Shown: positions 27,201-36,989 of the stretch, one piece after another
Layout: each line of letters starts with the position of its first letter
Position numbering within the stretch: the stretch's first letter is position 1
Virus record (IMG/VR): IMGVR_UViG_3300011008_000022
Length of the DNA stretch: 64,000 nt
From: a virus
Strand: one strand, 5' to 3'
Position numbers and translations under genes: made by a program
The notes under the pieces: model-generated
What the model was told of the DNA's origin: nothing
Database searches by the model: none
The model's input: only the letters and a program-made list of their open reading frames with translations

Positions 27201-28783
27201 CGTCCATCGATACCACATCTGATGGTACAGTGACTACGAGTGTTCTCACCGTCTCACAGGCTGGCTATTATAAGTTAGGCTTCTACGCATACAAAACGCA
27301 AGGTCATGCTGGCGACCCAGGACAGTCGGTAACAGTCAACTGGTGGCGTGTCCTCTGTACCTCCAACAACAGCCGTCTCGATACCTACTGCTATCCGTCT
27401 GCAGTGGCTGGTGGCACTACCTACTTCGTCGATGGCGTGGTAAAGACTAACCTCCCTGGTGATACCGGCATACCGTGGTATCTCGACAATGACGATGATC
27501 TGGCAGACAACCTCGGTTGGACGCACCACTCTGTCACGTTCCTTACTAAGTCTGAGATAACGGCTGCCGACCAAAAAATCCTCTTCCGCATATTCAATAC
27601 CTACGTGGAGATATACAACCCCAAACTGGAAGAGTGTATCATGGCTACGCCCTGGTGCGAACATGAGGGCGACAATGACATGCACTGCGACCATAACCCA
27701 TGTGGCTCGTGGCGCTCAGGAGAGCGTTACTTCTACTGCAATGGTCAACGTGATGTCATCCAGGCTGCCATCAGTGCCTCTAACACCAACAAGACGTGGT
27801 ACCGCATGAAGAAGCGCACCACCTCGCAAGGCTACCTCTCCACCACACAGCCCTATCTCGACACCGAACACTGGGAAAAGGCTTCTAACCTTAAATTCGC
27901 CATCGTTGATGCCATGTTTGCCGAGGAGATCTTCACCGACAAACTCACTGTCTCGAAAATTCGTGGCGCTAACGGCAAATTCACGCTCGACGAAAATGGC
28001 AACGTCACGGCTAATGGTGGAACGTACAATAACATCAGTGCTCGTGGTGGTACGTTCTATAATGTGGCTGTGCGTGGCTCGCTTCGCAATGCTTTCTCTG
28101 TAGTGAATGGTTCGTTTGATGCGGATTTCAACGACAACATTGCCGTCATTTCGAGTGGTGGCGGTTGGATTGACGCTTACTCTGTACCTTGGGACGCTTC
28201 GCAGAGTGGCCGTGTCATTCATATCGTCAACTATAAGTGGGGCAGTTTGACCGCTGAAGGCCGTGCTGAATTTGGCGCACCATCAGGTAAGTATTTCTTT
28301 GAGGATGGTTTGTTGAAAACGGCTCTTACGGTGTCTCGTGAGTTGATAACACTGCTCGGCTATGGTGACAGTAGTACGTTCTATGGTTGGATTGTCGTTG
28401 ATCGTATCGACCTGGCATCTTCTCGTCGTTATGGTCACAACCTGAAAGCATTGGGCTATGGCACTATATCTGGTAGTCCTTATGGCGCATCATTGAGCAA
28501 TTATAGAACGTTCGATGGTTCTACACTATCGGTTTCTCGTCAGGGAGAGGGCTGGTATCGCCTGACTTTCCCGAATAACTGGTTTAATTCGCCGTCAACA
28601 GACCTCGGCATTATTCTTACAGGACGTGGTTTCGCATATAATGCAGAGTCACCACTGAAAGGCTCTATTCGTACTATCTCTTCAACTTATGTCGATATAG
28701 ATGTGTCCGACGATTCCTCACGAAATGATGGCTCAGTGGATTTCATAATCTATAACAAGTTCGACTTTGAGATTCTGACATAA
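24296..28783 (+). CDS. large tail fibre / receptor-binding protein candidate
   Basis: 1495 aa S/T/G/N-rich ORF with repeated motifs (LDLDNEMDSLPCD / FSIDIDNEMAAIPVN; LDRETIPVI / LDRETIPII). Function is inferred from size and composition only. Confidence 0.6.
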   Translation: MKPVISQTFAITAQKPTVSVDHIDNYYITEASGIQPAANDSRWQFVPEGQQAPVPTSAAPYLWHKSITYLTDGSHLDPVIEFGGSLGQNGYDYDLVPSHSAIIKAQDDTVTPANVSCSLIKRNADGSAERQTTPPAGYSIQVYRDTTASAYTLGTNVSTANVSVITFVLLYGAIEVERHDIRVIAEGAEGLTGRGIQSQSTRFKANTTGSVPATPTNDNEWNTWAALSQSGYSETNRYLFQCVRTVYVDGNNNTTTEYMVSGPTVWGRDGDDAIVLDLDNEMDSLPCDSTGKVTTATTIVVNAKLYKGATQITSGITAPTAASVKLAGVTPTVSQSSGTVSLSWQFAANTSLADERYIITIPVTYNQKTYQVAFTLNALRSGAPGVSPTIYKVLPSQHLLAFSRNSSDVLTPSTHSLYCGYSKNYNGTISTEANQTTAFDTTYRIFYRYLNNGSWSAWNAYVAILSIASSTTTTAYEFCIAKTTNSNNVTDALILDRETIPVIKSGQKGNTGTNAFSIDIDNEMAAIPVNQQGKVETLKTLTFGLQAYYGITPVGSSCTITAENIPTGFTVNLDDPLNPVITIAADTTPAEISEITFKAVHATYGTREAVFTVCAVKSGGKGEDAELYQLLPSQTTLPFDRNANGNINTRSYTLTSQIQLIKGNVTTNYSSLSGYYIYYGWNGAASPSSILSTSGITVSQWYPNNGYTSVVLELWRGARSVSGSVRLDRETIPIITDGARGPEGEGDPGNGISVDDFYYCLTGTPTPPTTPLTTANGWYKQGTTGCPTAPTNAKPYLWQCEHIEYTEDTSMNKNIIKLVQVYNMGIQPNLLEQTAFDSEDVMNKWMTANGQVVPQARGQHNAWGAFPGTNTYSEMLQQLVYRPGSVGKIRPANYYTLSFYSRTRRYVNVTGDTYGFYFGNIYLKAGSYKFQFNGHCSQAAKDAGVNLSGYLWYSGDYGQTEDWSRSVSTSIDTTSDGTVTTSVLTVSQAGYYKLGFYAYKTQGHAGDPGQSVTVNWWRVLCTSNNSRLDTYCYPSAVAGGTTYFVDGVVKTNLPGDTGIPWYLDNDDDLADNLGWTHHSVTFLTKSEITAADQKILFRIFNTYVEIYNPKLEECIMATPWCEHEGDNDMHCDHNPCGSWRSGERYFYCNGQRDVIQAAISASNTNKTWYRMKKRTTSQGYLSTTQPYLDTEHWEKASNLKFAIVDAMFAEEIFTDKLTVSKIRGANGKFTLDENGNVTANGGTYNNISARGGTFYNVAVRGSLRNAFSVVNGSFDADFNDNIAVISSGGGWIDAYSVPWDASQSGRVIHIVNYKWGSLTAEGRAEFGAPSGKYFFEDGLLKTALTVSRELITLLGYGDSSTFYGWIVVDRIDLASSRRYGHNLKALGYGTISGSPYGASLSNYRTFDGSTLSVSRQGEGWYRLTFPNNWFNSPSTDLGIILTGRGFAYNAESPLKGSIRTISSTYVDIDVSDDSSRNDGSVDFIIYNKFDFEILT

Positions 28784-28811
28784 CTTCATAAATTCATAAA
28801 TTCATAAAATA

Positions 28812-29522
28812 ATGAAAAGAATTATCATCTTTGGTACAGCTCACCTCGATAGCACACCAGGCAAATGTTCGCCTGATGGTGCTTTCCGTGAGGCTGTTTA
28901 TTCACGCGAGATTATCGCTGACCTTAAAGCCATCATGGAAAAGACTTATGGCTACACTTGTTTCGTGGACTATGAGTCTATGCAACCGCTACCAGCATGG
29001 ACGGAGGCCCGCAAACGTAAGGGGTATAGTGCTGAACAGTCAGCAGAACTGGTGTACCGTACTCAGCAGGTCAACAAAATCTGCCAGAAGTATGGTGTCG
29101 AAAACTGTCTCTACGTCTCTATCCACGTCAACGGTGCTGGCGATGACGGCAAATGGCATGGCGCTGGCGGATGGGGCTGTTACACGTCTCGTGGTAAGAC
29201 AAAGGCTGACCTGCTGGCGGAATGCTTCTATGATGCAGCCATCACCAACCTGCGCTCGTATGTTAGCATCATCGACGATGGAAAACGACGTGGCGACTAT
29301 ACAGAGAAGCAGGTGCCGTTCCGTATGGATAAGACGGATGGCGACCGCGACCTGGAGGCCGACCTCTATGTGCTCCGACATTCTGCCTGTCCTGCCGTCC
29401 TCACGGAAAATCTCTTCCAGGACAATCGGCGCGACGTGGCCTTCCTCCTCTCCGACGAAGGCCGTCAGGCTATCACACGCTTGCATGTCGAAGCGCTCCT
29501 ATCATACTGCCAGAAATATTAA
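28812..29522 (+). CDS. N-acetylmuramoyl-L-alanine amidase (Amidase_3-type endolysin)
   Basis: IIIFGTAHLDSTPG, YVSIHVNGAG and VLRHSACPAVLTENLFQDN match amidase_3 blocks. Confidence 0.72.
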   Translation: MKRIIIFGTAHLDSTPGKCSPDGAFREAVYSREIIADLKAIMEKTYGYTCFVDYESMQPLPAWTEARKRKGYSAEQSAELVYRTQQVNKICQKYGVENCLYVSIHVNGAGDDGKWHGAGGWGCYTSRGKTKADLLAECFYDAAITNLRSYVSIIDDGKRRGDYTEKQVPFRMDKTDGDRDLEADLYVLRHSACPAVLTENLFQDNRRDVAFLLSDEGRQAITRLHVEALLSYCQKY

Positions 29523-29530
29523 CCACCGTG

Positions 29531-29556
29531 CCCAGCCGTTCTCGGCTGGGTTTTTT
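29531..29556 (+). terminator. H1 hairpin plus T6
   Basis: CCCAGCCG-TTCT-CGGCTGGG followed by TTTTTT, directly after the amidase stop. Confidence 0.6.
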
Positions 29557-29625
29557 ATGTCCCGTCTCTTGTGTGGCGATTGCATCGCCGTCACGCTTTG
29601 TCCCACCCTCGTCACCTCTTCTTCG

Positions 29626-29633
29626 TATCTTTG
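29626..29633 (+). promoter_or_regulatory. -7 promoter box (TATCTTTG)
   Basis: TAnnTTTG match in the conserved cassette, followed by leader hairpin 29658-29676. Confidence 0.5.
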
Positions 29634-29693
29634 TGTCATAAAAAGTATGTTCCGTATGCTGCGATAGTATCGCAGCCCTAAAAGAAAAGAATT

Positions 29694-30923
29694 ATGCTGA
29701 TATCAACAACTGAAGAGCTGCGTCTCTACTCACCGGCTAACGCCATCGACCACATCGACTCCATTCAGGGCTACATCACAAGCTCTGAAAAAGACACCTT
29801 GCTCGAAAAACTGGGCACACCACTCTACGAGGCTTTGGTAAAATACTACCGTGACCTACGTGCCTCTGAGGATGGTATCTCTACGTTCATCAAGTCTGTA
29901 ACCGATGGCGAAGATATGCCGCCATACGCACAGCTGCTCACCGTATGTCAGCGTATCATCACGTTCGATGCACTCGGACGTGCCATCGACATCCAGGCCG
30001 TGAGTGTCAATGGCTCTGGCGTGAATATCTCCACTGCCGACGATTACGGCAAAGCGGATGATAAGGCTATCCAGGCGTATAAGTCCACCTGCATCAAAGA
30101 GACTCATGCTGCCATCAATGCACTGCTCGTCATGCTCGAACAGTGGTACAAAGAAGCAACCCCTACCAACCCTGAAAACCCACTCGTTCCCGCTCCATCC
30201 TCTCCTGTGCTCGGTGATTCGGTCGCCGAGAATGAAGCCACCGTGCCCGATGATTCTCCATCGGGTGACACCCCCGCTCCCGACGCTCCTGCGTCCGGCG
30301 ATTCGGTTGCCGAGGAAGACCCCGACCCCTCCACCGAGAAAGCAGAGATAGCATCCTTGTGGGGCCATTCCCGCTACTTCTACCTGGCTGCTTCTCTCGC
30401 TATCCCCTCTGCAACCGTCCTGCAGGAATATCTGAACATCTACGACTCTCGCGAGAAGTTCATCACCATGCTTCCTGACCTCCGCTATATCCAGGAGGAC
30501 ATCATAGCACCTATCATCGGAGAAGATTTCCTCGACTACCTCATTGAGCGCTCGCGTGTACTTGACCGTAGTGCGCTCGCTGGTTCTGCCAGCGAGGGTG
30601 ACGAAAAACTCCTCACTCGCATCATCCACAAACTCCGTAAGGCGGTTGCTCACCACCTCGAAGCGCGTACCATGCAGCTGAAGACTACGGACCCTCGACG
30701 TGAGGCTGCTCGCAACGAGGCGGTACGTCTTACCACCGACCTCTCAGAGTATATCCAGACACATCAGCAATCCTTACCAGAGGCAGCTATCGAAGCATTG
30801 AAAACGTCACCGCTCTGTGTCGCCGCTACTTCCGATGCTTCTCCCTCTGGCGGTTATACGCCTAACTTCCAAAACAATAGCGATGATGCCGTAATGTTTG
30901 TAACACCCGCTCTCCCACTCTAA
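29694..30923 (+). CDS. hypothetical virion-module protein with hairpin-element insert
   Basis: 409 aa ORF. The low-complexity centre PVLGDSVAENEATVPDDSPSGDTPAPDAPASGDSVAEE is encoded by hairpin elements at 30210-30311. Confidence 0.65.
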   Translation: MLISTTEELRLYSPANAIDHIDSIQGYITSSEKDTLLEKLGTPLYEALVKYYRDLRASEDGISTFIKSVTDGEDMPPYAQLLTVCQRIITFDALGRAIDIQAVSVNGSGVNISTADDYGKADDKAIQAYKSTCIKETHAAINALLVMLEQWYKEATPTNPENPLVPAPSSPVLGDSVAENEATVPDDSPSGDTPAPDAPASGDSVAEEDPDPSTEKAEIASLWGHSRYFYLAASLAIPSATVLQEYLNIYDSREKFITMLPDLRYIQEDIIAPIIGEDFLDYLIERSRVLDRSALAGSASEGDEKLLTRIIHKLRKAVAHHLEARTMQLKTTDPRREAARNEAVRLTTDLSEYIQTHQQSLPEAAIEALKTSPLCVAATSDASPSGGYTPNFQNNSDDAVMFVTPALPL

Positions 30924-30926
30924 GAT

Positions 30927-33452
30927 ATGACCCAAGCTCGTCCATCTGATTATTGGTTCTCTACCAGCGCGATATTTATCCAACTGAACGCTGCTGGCGA
31001 CCGTAACTTCATCCATGCAAACTGCGCGGATGGATCTATGATCATGTGCTACATGAAGGGCATCAACGGACTGGGGTACGACAACGGACACAACTACCGC
31101 CGATGGACGCTGGTTTCATCACCAACGGTATTCCACGATGATGACCCTCGCTGGGTGTATATCGCTATACCAAAGTCCGATGCTGTTGACGTTCGCGCAC
31201 AACTGGTGTTCCCGTCCGAAGAACTGGATATCTACGGATGTAATGCTCAGGGGCAACAGATTGGCCCTACCGACTATTACTACATCTTTACGCAGGGTAT
31301 CATCAGTGCCTCGCGTGTAGGTGGTGTCACACAGGACCGCACATGGACGCAAACGATTGATTGTGGTAAACTGGCTTCCGACGAAGCCATTGCTGCTGGT
31401 GGTGAAGGCTCGTGGTGGGAATACAATGCCACCAACGACATGGTGAAGTTCCTGAAGACCATCAGTGAGGCTATCTTCGAGAAACTGACGGCTTCATGGG
31501 CTAACATCACACAGTTGGTGTTGCATGGCCACATCATCAATGGCGTGGCAGGCGAAAACACGTTAGAGAGTTCCAACGACACGCTGGTAACACCAAAATA
31601 TGCGGATGACCACTGGCTGTCTTCTACGCATGATGATGTAGCGCATGGCGACATCACTTTCAATAACTCTATTCAGGTCAAAGGGGAAACGGTACTGAAA
31701 CGTACCGTCACCATAGGCGACTATGAAAAGGATATACAGGTGGGCATCGGCTCGCGCCAGGGTGTTCGCGTTCTGCCGGACGGCACTATCATAGCTCGCT
31801 CGCTGGAACTGTCGCAGGAACTCTCGGTACCAACGTTCAAATACAACAGTATCGAGGTATTGGCGGGTACTCGCTGGGACTCTGCCGGTAAAGGCCGTGT
31901 TAAGGAGATTATCGATAACGACGAAACAAATCATACCTGCCAGTTCGTGCTCGATCTGAACGATGGAGAACCTGGAGAGTTCATCGTCAACGACATCCTG
32001 CGTGGCTTCTGGCATAATATGGATGGTACCAAGAATGCGGTTGCTAACAGCGACGACCGCCGAGGTAACATCAACCGTGCGGGATTCCAGTCTATTTATG
32101 CCCGTGCCATTGCCGTGGCCAACGTCATTGAACGTGTGGTGGATGATGTAACCTACTATATCGCTCAGGATAGCGAATATGTGCCACAACAGGGCGACCG
32201 CATACTGGAGAATGGTCTTGTTACCGTACAGATGCGTCAGTTCAATACTTCGCCGGCTACTTATTCGCCTGCTCCTGAGAAATGGTCGGTACTCTCTGTA
32301 TCTGGTTACTTTGGTACGGATCATCCAGAACGTCAGAAGTTCTTTGTATATACCACGTCCTACATGGCTCGTTTCGAGGGTGTCAATACATGGGAATGGG
32401 GCGAACATACCTTTATGGGTGGCTGGGGCGACCTCACGGGCTTCACGATGCTGGAAGACCACGACGGCCAAATCACTCGCAAGGAGTTTACGGGCGAAGG
32501 CTTCGTAACCAAGGATGCACACATCTATGGTGTCGTCGATATGTTTACGCGCTTCTCCGACCGTATCGACATCCAACTGTCTCGACCTGATGGCACCATT
32601 GCCGATGGTGAACAGCAACGGGCGGACTTCATCTTACGTGACGTGGAGGGTAGCATTATCTCCGGCAACTACACCTTGCAGATCACCCGTCAGTCGGGTA
32701 ACGCTGCAGCAGATACAGCATGGAATGCGGCTATCGCTCAGAGATACCCTTCCGGCATACCGTCAGCGTTATATTTCCAGTTCTCTGATGTGCCGGAGAA
32801 AGGGGCCGTATTCGTAGTGGCTGCTTCACGTCAGGTGACAACAGACACTACCACTGACACCTATACGACATCGGCATCATTCGTGCTCTCTCGTGCTTAT
32901 CCACAAGAAACATTCCTCGGCCCTTGGGACTCTACAACGGAATATGAGCGCACACCACGTCAGTACCCCACCGTCACGCATGGTGGCTGTAAGTGGTATC
33001 TGAAGGTGGCTACAAGCCTGGGCGAAGAGCCACATCCTCTCAGTACATCATGGGGCATGGTATATGGTGCTAACGACCTATCCATTGCTTTCTACAATGA
33101 GAGCGGACAGCGCATCACATCGGCTGTGCAATATCCTGGCAGCGTCAACCTCTTCCTCGATCCGCATCTGCTGTGTGGCAACTTCGATATTACTAACGAA
33201 CTATCGGCTTCTGATTGGGTATGGTCACGCTATACGGGCAACTATGGCGAAGAGATTGATACTCGTACTCCTGCTGACCGTCAGGCTGACCAGGGATGGC
33301 CTAACGCTCACTGGCCGTCAACACCACAGACGCGCACCATCCGCATCAACAACGACGACATGCCGCCGTCATGGGGTAACGGTCCTATCGTCAACTTCAT
33401 CATCACGGCATCCTATAATGGTATCTCCATTCCAAATATAGTCCAGATGTAA
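30927..33452 (+). CDS. hypothetical large virion-module protein
   Basis: 841 aa ORF. No motif recognised. Confidence 0.65.
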   Translation: MTQARPSDYWFSTSAIFIQLNAAGDRNFIHANCADGSMIMCYMKGINGLGYDNGHNYRRWTLVSSPTVFHDDDPRWVYIAIPKSDAVDVRAQLVFPSEELDIYGCNAQGQQIGPTDYYYIFTQGIISASRVGGVTQDRTWTQTIDCGKLASDEAIAAGGEGSWWEYNATNDMVKFLKTISEAIFEKLTASWANITQLVLHGHIINGVAGENTLESSNDTLVTPKYADDHWLSSTHDDVAHGDITFNNSIQVKGETVLKRTVTIGDYEKDIQVGIGSRQGVRVLPDGTIIARSLELSQELSVPTFKYNSIEVLAGTRWDSAGKGRVKEIIDNDETNHTCQFVLDLNDGEPGEFIVNDILRGFWHNMDGTKNAVANSDDRRGNINRAGFQSIYARAIAVANVIERVVDDVTYYIAQDSEYVPQQGDRILENGLVTVQMRQFNTSPATYSPAPEKWSVLSVSGYFGTDHPERQKFFVYTTSYMARFEGVNTWEWGEHTFMGGWGDLTGFTMLEDHDGQITRKEFTGEGFVTKDAHIYGVVDMFTRFSDRIDIQLSRPDGTIADGEQQRADFILRDVEGSIISGNYTLQITRQSGNAAADTAWNAAIAQRYPSGIPSALYFQFSDVPEKGAVFVVAASRQVTTDTTTDTYTTSASFVLSRAYPQETFLGPWDSTTEYERTPRQYPTVTHGGCKWYLKVATSLGEEPHPLSTSWGMVYGANDLSIAFYNESGQRITSAVQYPGSVNLFLDPHLLCGNFDITNELSASDWVWSRYTGNYGEEIDTRTPADRQADQGWPNAHWPSTPQTRTIRINNDDMPPSWGNGPIVNFIITASYNGISIPNIVQM

Positions 33453-33496
33453 CCACCGTGCCCAGCCGTTCTCGGCTGGGTCCTAAACAAAAGAAT

Positions 33497-34267
33497 ATGA
33501 AACAAGACAAATATTTCTTACGCTTTCAGCAGCTCTGCATTGGCATCCTGGCTCAGTCTGACAACTGCATGGAGTCACAACAGCAGTTCAAGTCTGCTCG
33601 CTCCGTTCCTGAACTGGTGACGGCATGGCAGCGATTTTGGGCGGGTGTCCTACACGAAGTACCTGAACAGGTCATCAAGGCTTTTGCTGACCTCTACCCC
33701 GTCTATCGTGATGACATTATTCGTGCCGGTGTCTATTATAACGAGGCTCCGCCTGTCGGCATCTATCCTGAAAACCCTATATCTCCCGTCTCACCCTCCG
33801 ATGCAGCCACCGTGCCCAGCGCTTCTCCGTTGGGTCCTACCACCAACGCCATGATACTCATCGGCGATGCTCCCGCCACCGTTCCCGATGATTCTCCATC
33901 GGGTGAAACAGCTTCTCCATCGGATCTCGTAATTCATGGCCGTAATCGTGTCTATGTCCTCGGCAACCTCCCCGTGACTGTCACCGACAATTCCAGCGTC
34001 CATGTCAACAGCGACCGTGCCGTAGTGACCGTATGTGGTTCTGCTCGTGCTAACATCGAACGGGGAACACTCATCGCTCGTGACCGTGCCGTAGTCAATG
34101 GCAAGGGTCTCATAACCTGCTACGACTCTACGACGATATATGTCTCTGGTGGTGTCCTGCACGATAAAGGACACCTCGATATCATCGCCTATAACGATGC
34201 GGTCATCAACAGCTTCACCAACCGTCGCATCAAACTCAACGACCAGGCAATCCTGAACATCGAATAA
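33497..34267 (+). CDS. hypothetical protein, C-terminal beta-helix-like repeats
   Basis: The first ATG after hairpin 33461-33480 is at 33497. It has repetitive V.V..(N/D) segments. In-frame hairpin elements lie at 33815-33834 and 33884-33903. Confidence 0.6.
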   Translation: MKQDKYFLRFQQLCIGILAQSDNCMESQQQFKSARSVPELVTAWQRFWAGVLHEVPEQVIKAFADLYPVYRDDIIRAGVYYNEAPPVGIYPENPISPVSPSDAATVPSASPLGPTTNAMILIGDAPATVPDDSPSGETASPSDLVIHGRNRVYVLGNLPVTVTDNSSVHVNSDRAVVTVCGSARANIERGTLIARDRAVVNGKGLITCYDSTTIYVSGGVLHDKGHLDIIAYNDAVINSFTNRRIKLNDQAILNIE

Positions 34268-34319
34268 TAGTCTCTCCACCGTGCCCAGTCGTTCTCGGCT
34301 GGGTCCTAAAAGTAAAAGT

Positions 34320-36941
34320 ATGAATAGCCACATTGCCATAACAGCTCAGAAGAACGGCAAGCAGATTCCACTCAATCTGCCGGATGATTTTAGCATCGAC
34401 ATCGACGATCAAAATCCGCTCTTCAACGATAACGAAATGTTCTCATACCCCTGTAGGATGCCTATGGAGGGTAATCGTTTCTTGCTGGGCAATATCGATG
34501 ACCCGCTGAACATCGATCGCCCAGTAGGTCTCGAACATACGAAAATGCGTATCGTGGTGGATAACCAGCCGTTCCGTTCTGGTACGCTCGTCACCGCAGA
34601 GGATGAGGAGATAGACGGTGCGCTGACTATGAATATTTCGGCTTCTGACCATTCTATCGACGATCTGATTGGCGACTTGAAATGTCAGGACATCCCTCTG
34701 AAAGATAAAATCCTGATTGGCGAAAAGATTGGTGCTGTCACAGCTGCTATCAATTACCAGTATCACGTACATATCACATGGGATGGTAAGAAAGCGGACA
34801 CGGACACATGGCCGTCAGCAACGGATTCGTCTGAGGTGGTCTTCACACCACAGGCTTTGGGTTTCTCCTGCCCTGCAGAGTGTAACACCACAGGAAGTAA
34901 GGAGGAAGCGATTGTGGCTTCTGTCATCAACTATGACGATGGCAAGAAACGTAATAAGCCGTCCATCCGTCAGAGCTTTATCAATGTTAGCGAACCGTAC
35001 CCCAACGCGAAGTATTGCAATGCGCGAGTGGCTTACTATCACTATGGACTGGATGAGGAGGGCAAGAAGACCTCTAACAAAATCAATCCGCTCACGAAAA
35101 GGGGTGGACCAGAGAATAAATGGCCATACTGGGTGCTGGATGCTGACCGTCAGCAGTCGGGCATCTGCTTCTATGTCCTGTACTTCCTCGATTGTCTTTT
35201 CTCTTATCTGGGCGTGTCTTTCGATAACAGCGAACTGCTCCAGGTGGAGGATATGCGTCACCTGTGCTTCTTCACAACACACTGCAAGTACGATGAGGAA
35301 TATAAGTACCCGAACCAGGTGCCTTATTTTACCACCATCGAACAGATCAACGCCTGGCTGACATCGCGTGGCACAGGTGCTCACTTCGAGTTCCATGACG
35401 GTGGCAACCGCATGGTCAACAACGTGGACTATATCGACTCTAACGGTACTCGCCACCATGCAGAGGTGGGTAAGGATGGTGTCAACACGATTATGGTGGA
35501 GTCTATCGTCAACAGCCGCTCTGTATCGGGTAATATCATGCGCATGTATGCCAACAGCGAGAACTTCCCTGAAGAGTCGGTAAAAACGGTGCTGGATAGC
35601 CTATGGGCTTCTTTCGGTATTCGTTTTGAATATGACTACGAGAAAAAGCATGTACGTGCTTACTACGTCCGCGAGGTGTTCCGTGATACACAGGATCCTA
35701 TCGACTTCCCTGGACGGGTAATCTCCATGCACAAGATTGCTGAGAAGATTACGGGTGTACGCATGTGCTACTCGGCTGAAAGCAGCAGCAAGGAACAACA
35801 GGGTAATGTGCGCTCCGGCAAAAAGGACTATGATACGTCCTACGATTATATCGACTACCCCCAGAATGCTACCATCACGGATAAGCATTATGAAGAGATA
35901 TTCCGTACTCCTCAGCAGAATAATGCCAGTGGTAACACGAATGTCTATGTGGATAGGGCAACGGGTAACAAGTACCGTATCAAGGTGAATAGCGATGCGG
36001 AAACGGCTATGGACTTGAAGCCGGTGCTCTTTGAGGTAGGACAGTATAAGGGCGTGGAACTGGGCGACTGCTCAGAACTTAACGAGGACTTCATAGAGGA
36101 GATAAAATCGGACTTCGTGCCGATGGTCTTCAATGATGTAAACTATCAGAATGAGGTCAATTCTGCTGCTGGCTCCATGAAGTCGGATGGCTATCAGATC
36201 ATCCTGAATGCTGACCAGGAACAGCCTATCCTTGCGGCTTTCGTCGATGAGGAAATGGAACATGAGTTCCTGGAGCAACGCATCCGTCAGACATTGGCAT
36301 CTAATGTGGCTGAGTTCTATTTCGACGAGGTACTGGATGGCATGATAGAGAACTATGACCCGTCATCCTCTGATGATGGTAATAGTCCGCTGCAGACGGT
36401 CGATTGGGGACTGGCTATCGCTATCATGCGTGGTGGTGGTACGGATGCAACCATACAGACGTATGATCACAACTACGATGGCTTTGGTAACTCGAAATGG
36501 CGCACAGTGGCTGGTCTCTATGCGCTTACGTCTGACAGCCTCGATATGTGGGGCAATGAATACGACTATAACGGTGTATCTCCTGGCATCGGTGGTGGCG
36601 AACGCTTCTCATTGAAGATTCGCTCATGGGTACAGCCGGAATGGGCCAATGCTCCGCTGGTGGATGCTGACGTGGTGGATAGTCAGGGAAACATCGAGAA
36701 GAAAATCAAATCGCGTGGCCTCTTTGACACCTTCATGTCGGAATATGCGAACTTTATCCTAAAACGTCGTAAATACCGCGTCCGCATAGAGTGCTCTGCT
36801 GCTCAGGTGGCAGACGTGCCAAACCATTGGACGCGTCGATTCCGCATCAACGGCATGGTGGGCTTCATTAACAAATTGTCTTATAACGTCTCTGCAAAAG
36901 ATGGTCTTAACGGCCTCGAAGTGGAGTTCTATGTTCTATAA
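34320..36941 (+). CDS. hypothetical large virion-module protein
   Basis: The first ATG after hairpin 34284-34303 is at 34320. 873 aa. Confidence 0.65.
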   Translation: MNSHIAITAQKNGKQIPLNLPDDFSIDIDDQNPLFNDNEMFSYPCRMPMEGNRFLLGNIDDPLNIDRPVGLEHTKMRIVVDNQPFRSGTLVTAEDEEIDGALTMNISASDHSIDDLIGDLKCQDIPLKDKILIGEKIGAVTAAINYQYHVHITWDGKKADTDTWPSATDSSEVVFTPQALGFSCPAECNTTGSKEEAIVASVINYDDGKKRNKPSIRQSFINVSEPYPNAKYCNARVAYYHYGLDEEGKKTSNKINPLTKRGGPENKWPYWVLDADRQQSGICFYVLYFLDCLFSYLGVSFDNSELLQVEDMRHLCFFTTHCKYDEEYKYPNQVPYFTTIEQINAWLTSRGTGAHFEFHDGGNRMVNNVDYIDSNGTRHHAEVGKDGVNTIMVESIVNSRSVSGNIMRMYANSENFPEESVKTVLDSLWASFGIRFEYDYEKKHVRAYYVREVFRDTQDPIDFPGRVISMHKIAEKITGVRMCYSAESSSKEQQGNVRSGKKDYDTSYDYIDYPQNATITDKHYEEIFRTPQQNNASGNTNVYVDRATGNKYRIKVNSDAETAMDLKPVLFEVGQYKGVELGDCSELNEDFIEEIKSDFVPMVFNDVNYQNEVNSAAGSMKSDGYQIILNADQEQPILAAFVDEEMEHEFLEQRIRQTLASNVAEFYFDEVLDGMIENYDPSSSDDGNSPLQTVDWGLAIAIMRGGGTDATIQTYDHNYDGFGNSKWRTVAGLYALTSDSLDMWGNEYDYNGVSPGIGGGERFSLKIRSWVQPEWANAPLVDADVVDSQGNIEKKIKSRGLFDTFMSEYANFILKRRKYRVRIECSAAQVADVPNHWTRRFRINGMVGFINKLSYNVSAKDGLNGLEVEFYVL

Positions 36942-36989
36942 TCACAGTGCCCGCTGATTCCGTCAGCGGGTCTCTAAAACGTATAAAAA

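Noticed and set aside
28831-29667. 278 aa alternative-frame ORF overlapping the amidase gene and running through the downstream hairpin/promoter cassette.
   Set aside because: The amidase frame (28812-29522) carries the conserved catalytic blocks. The alternative frame is R/S/T-rich and crosses the terminator and promoter elements.
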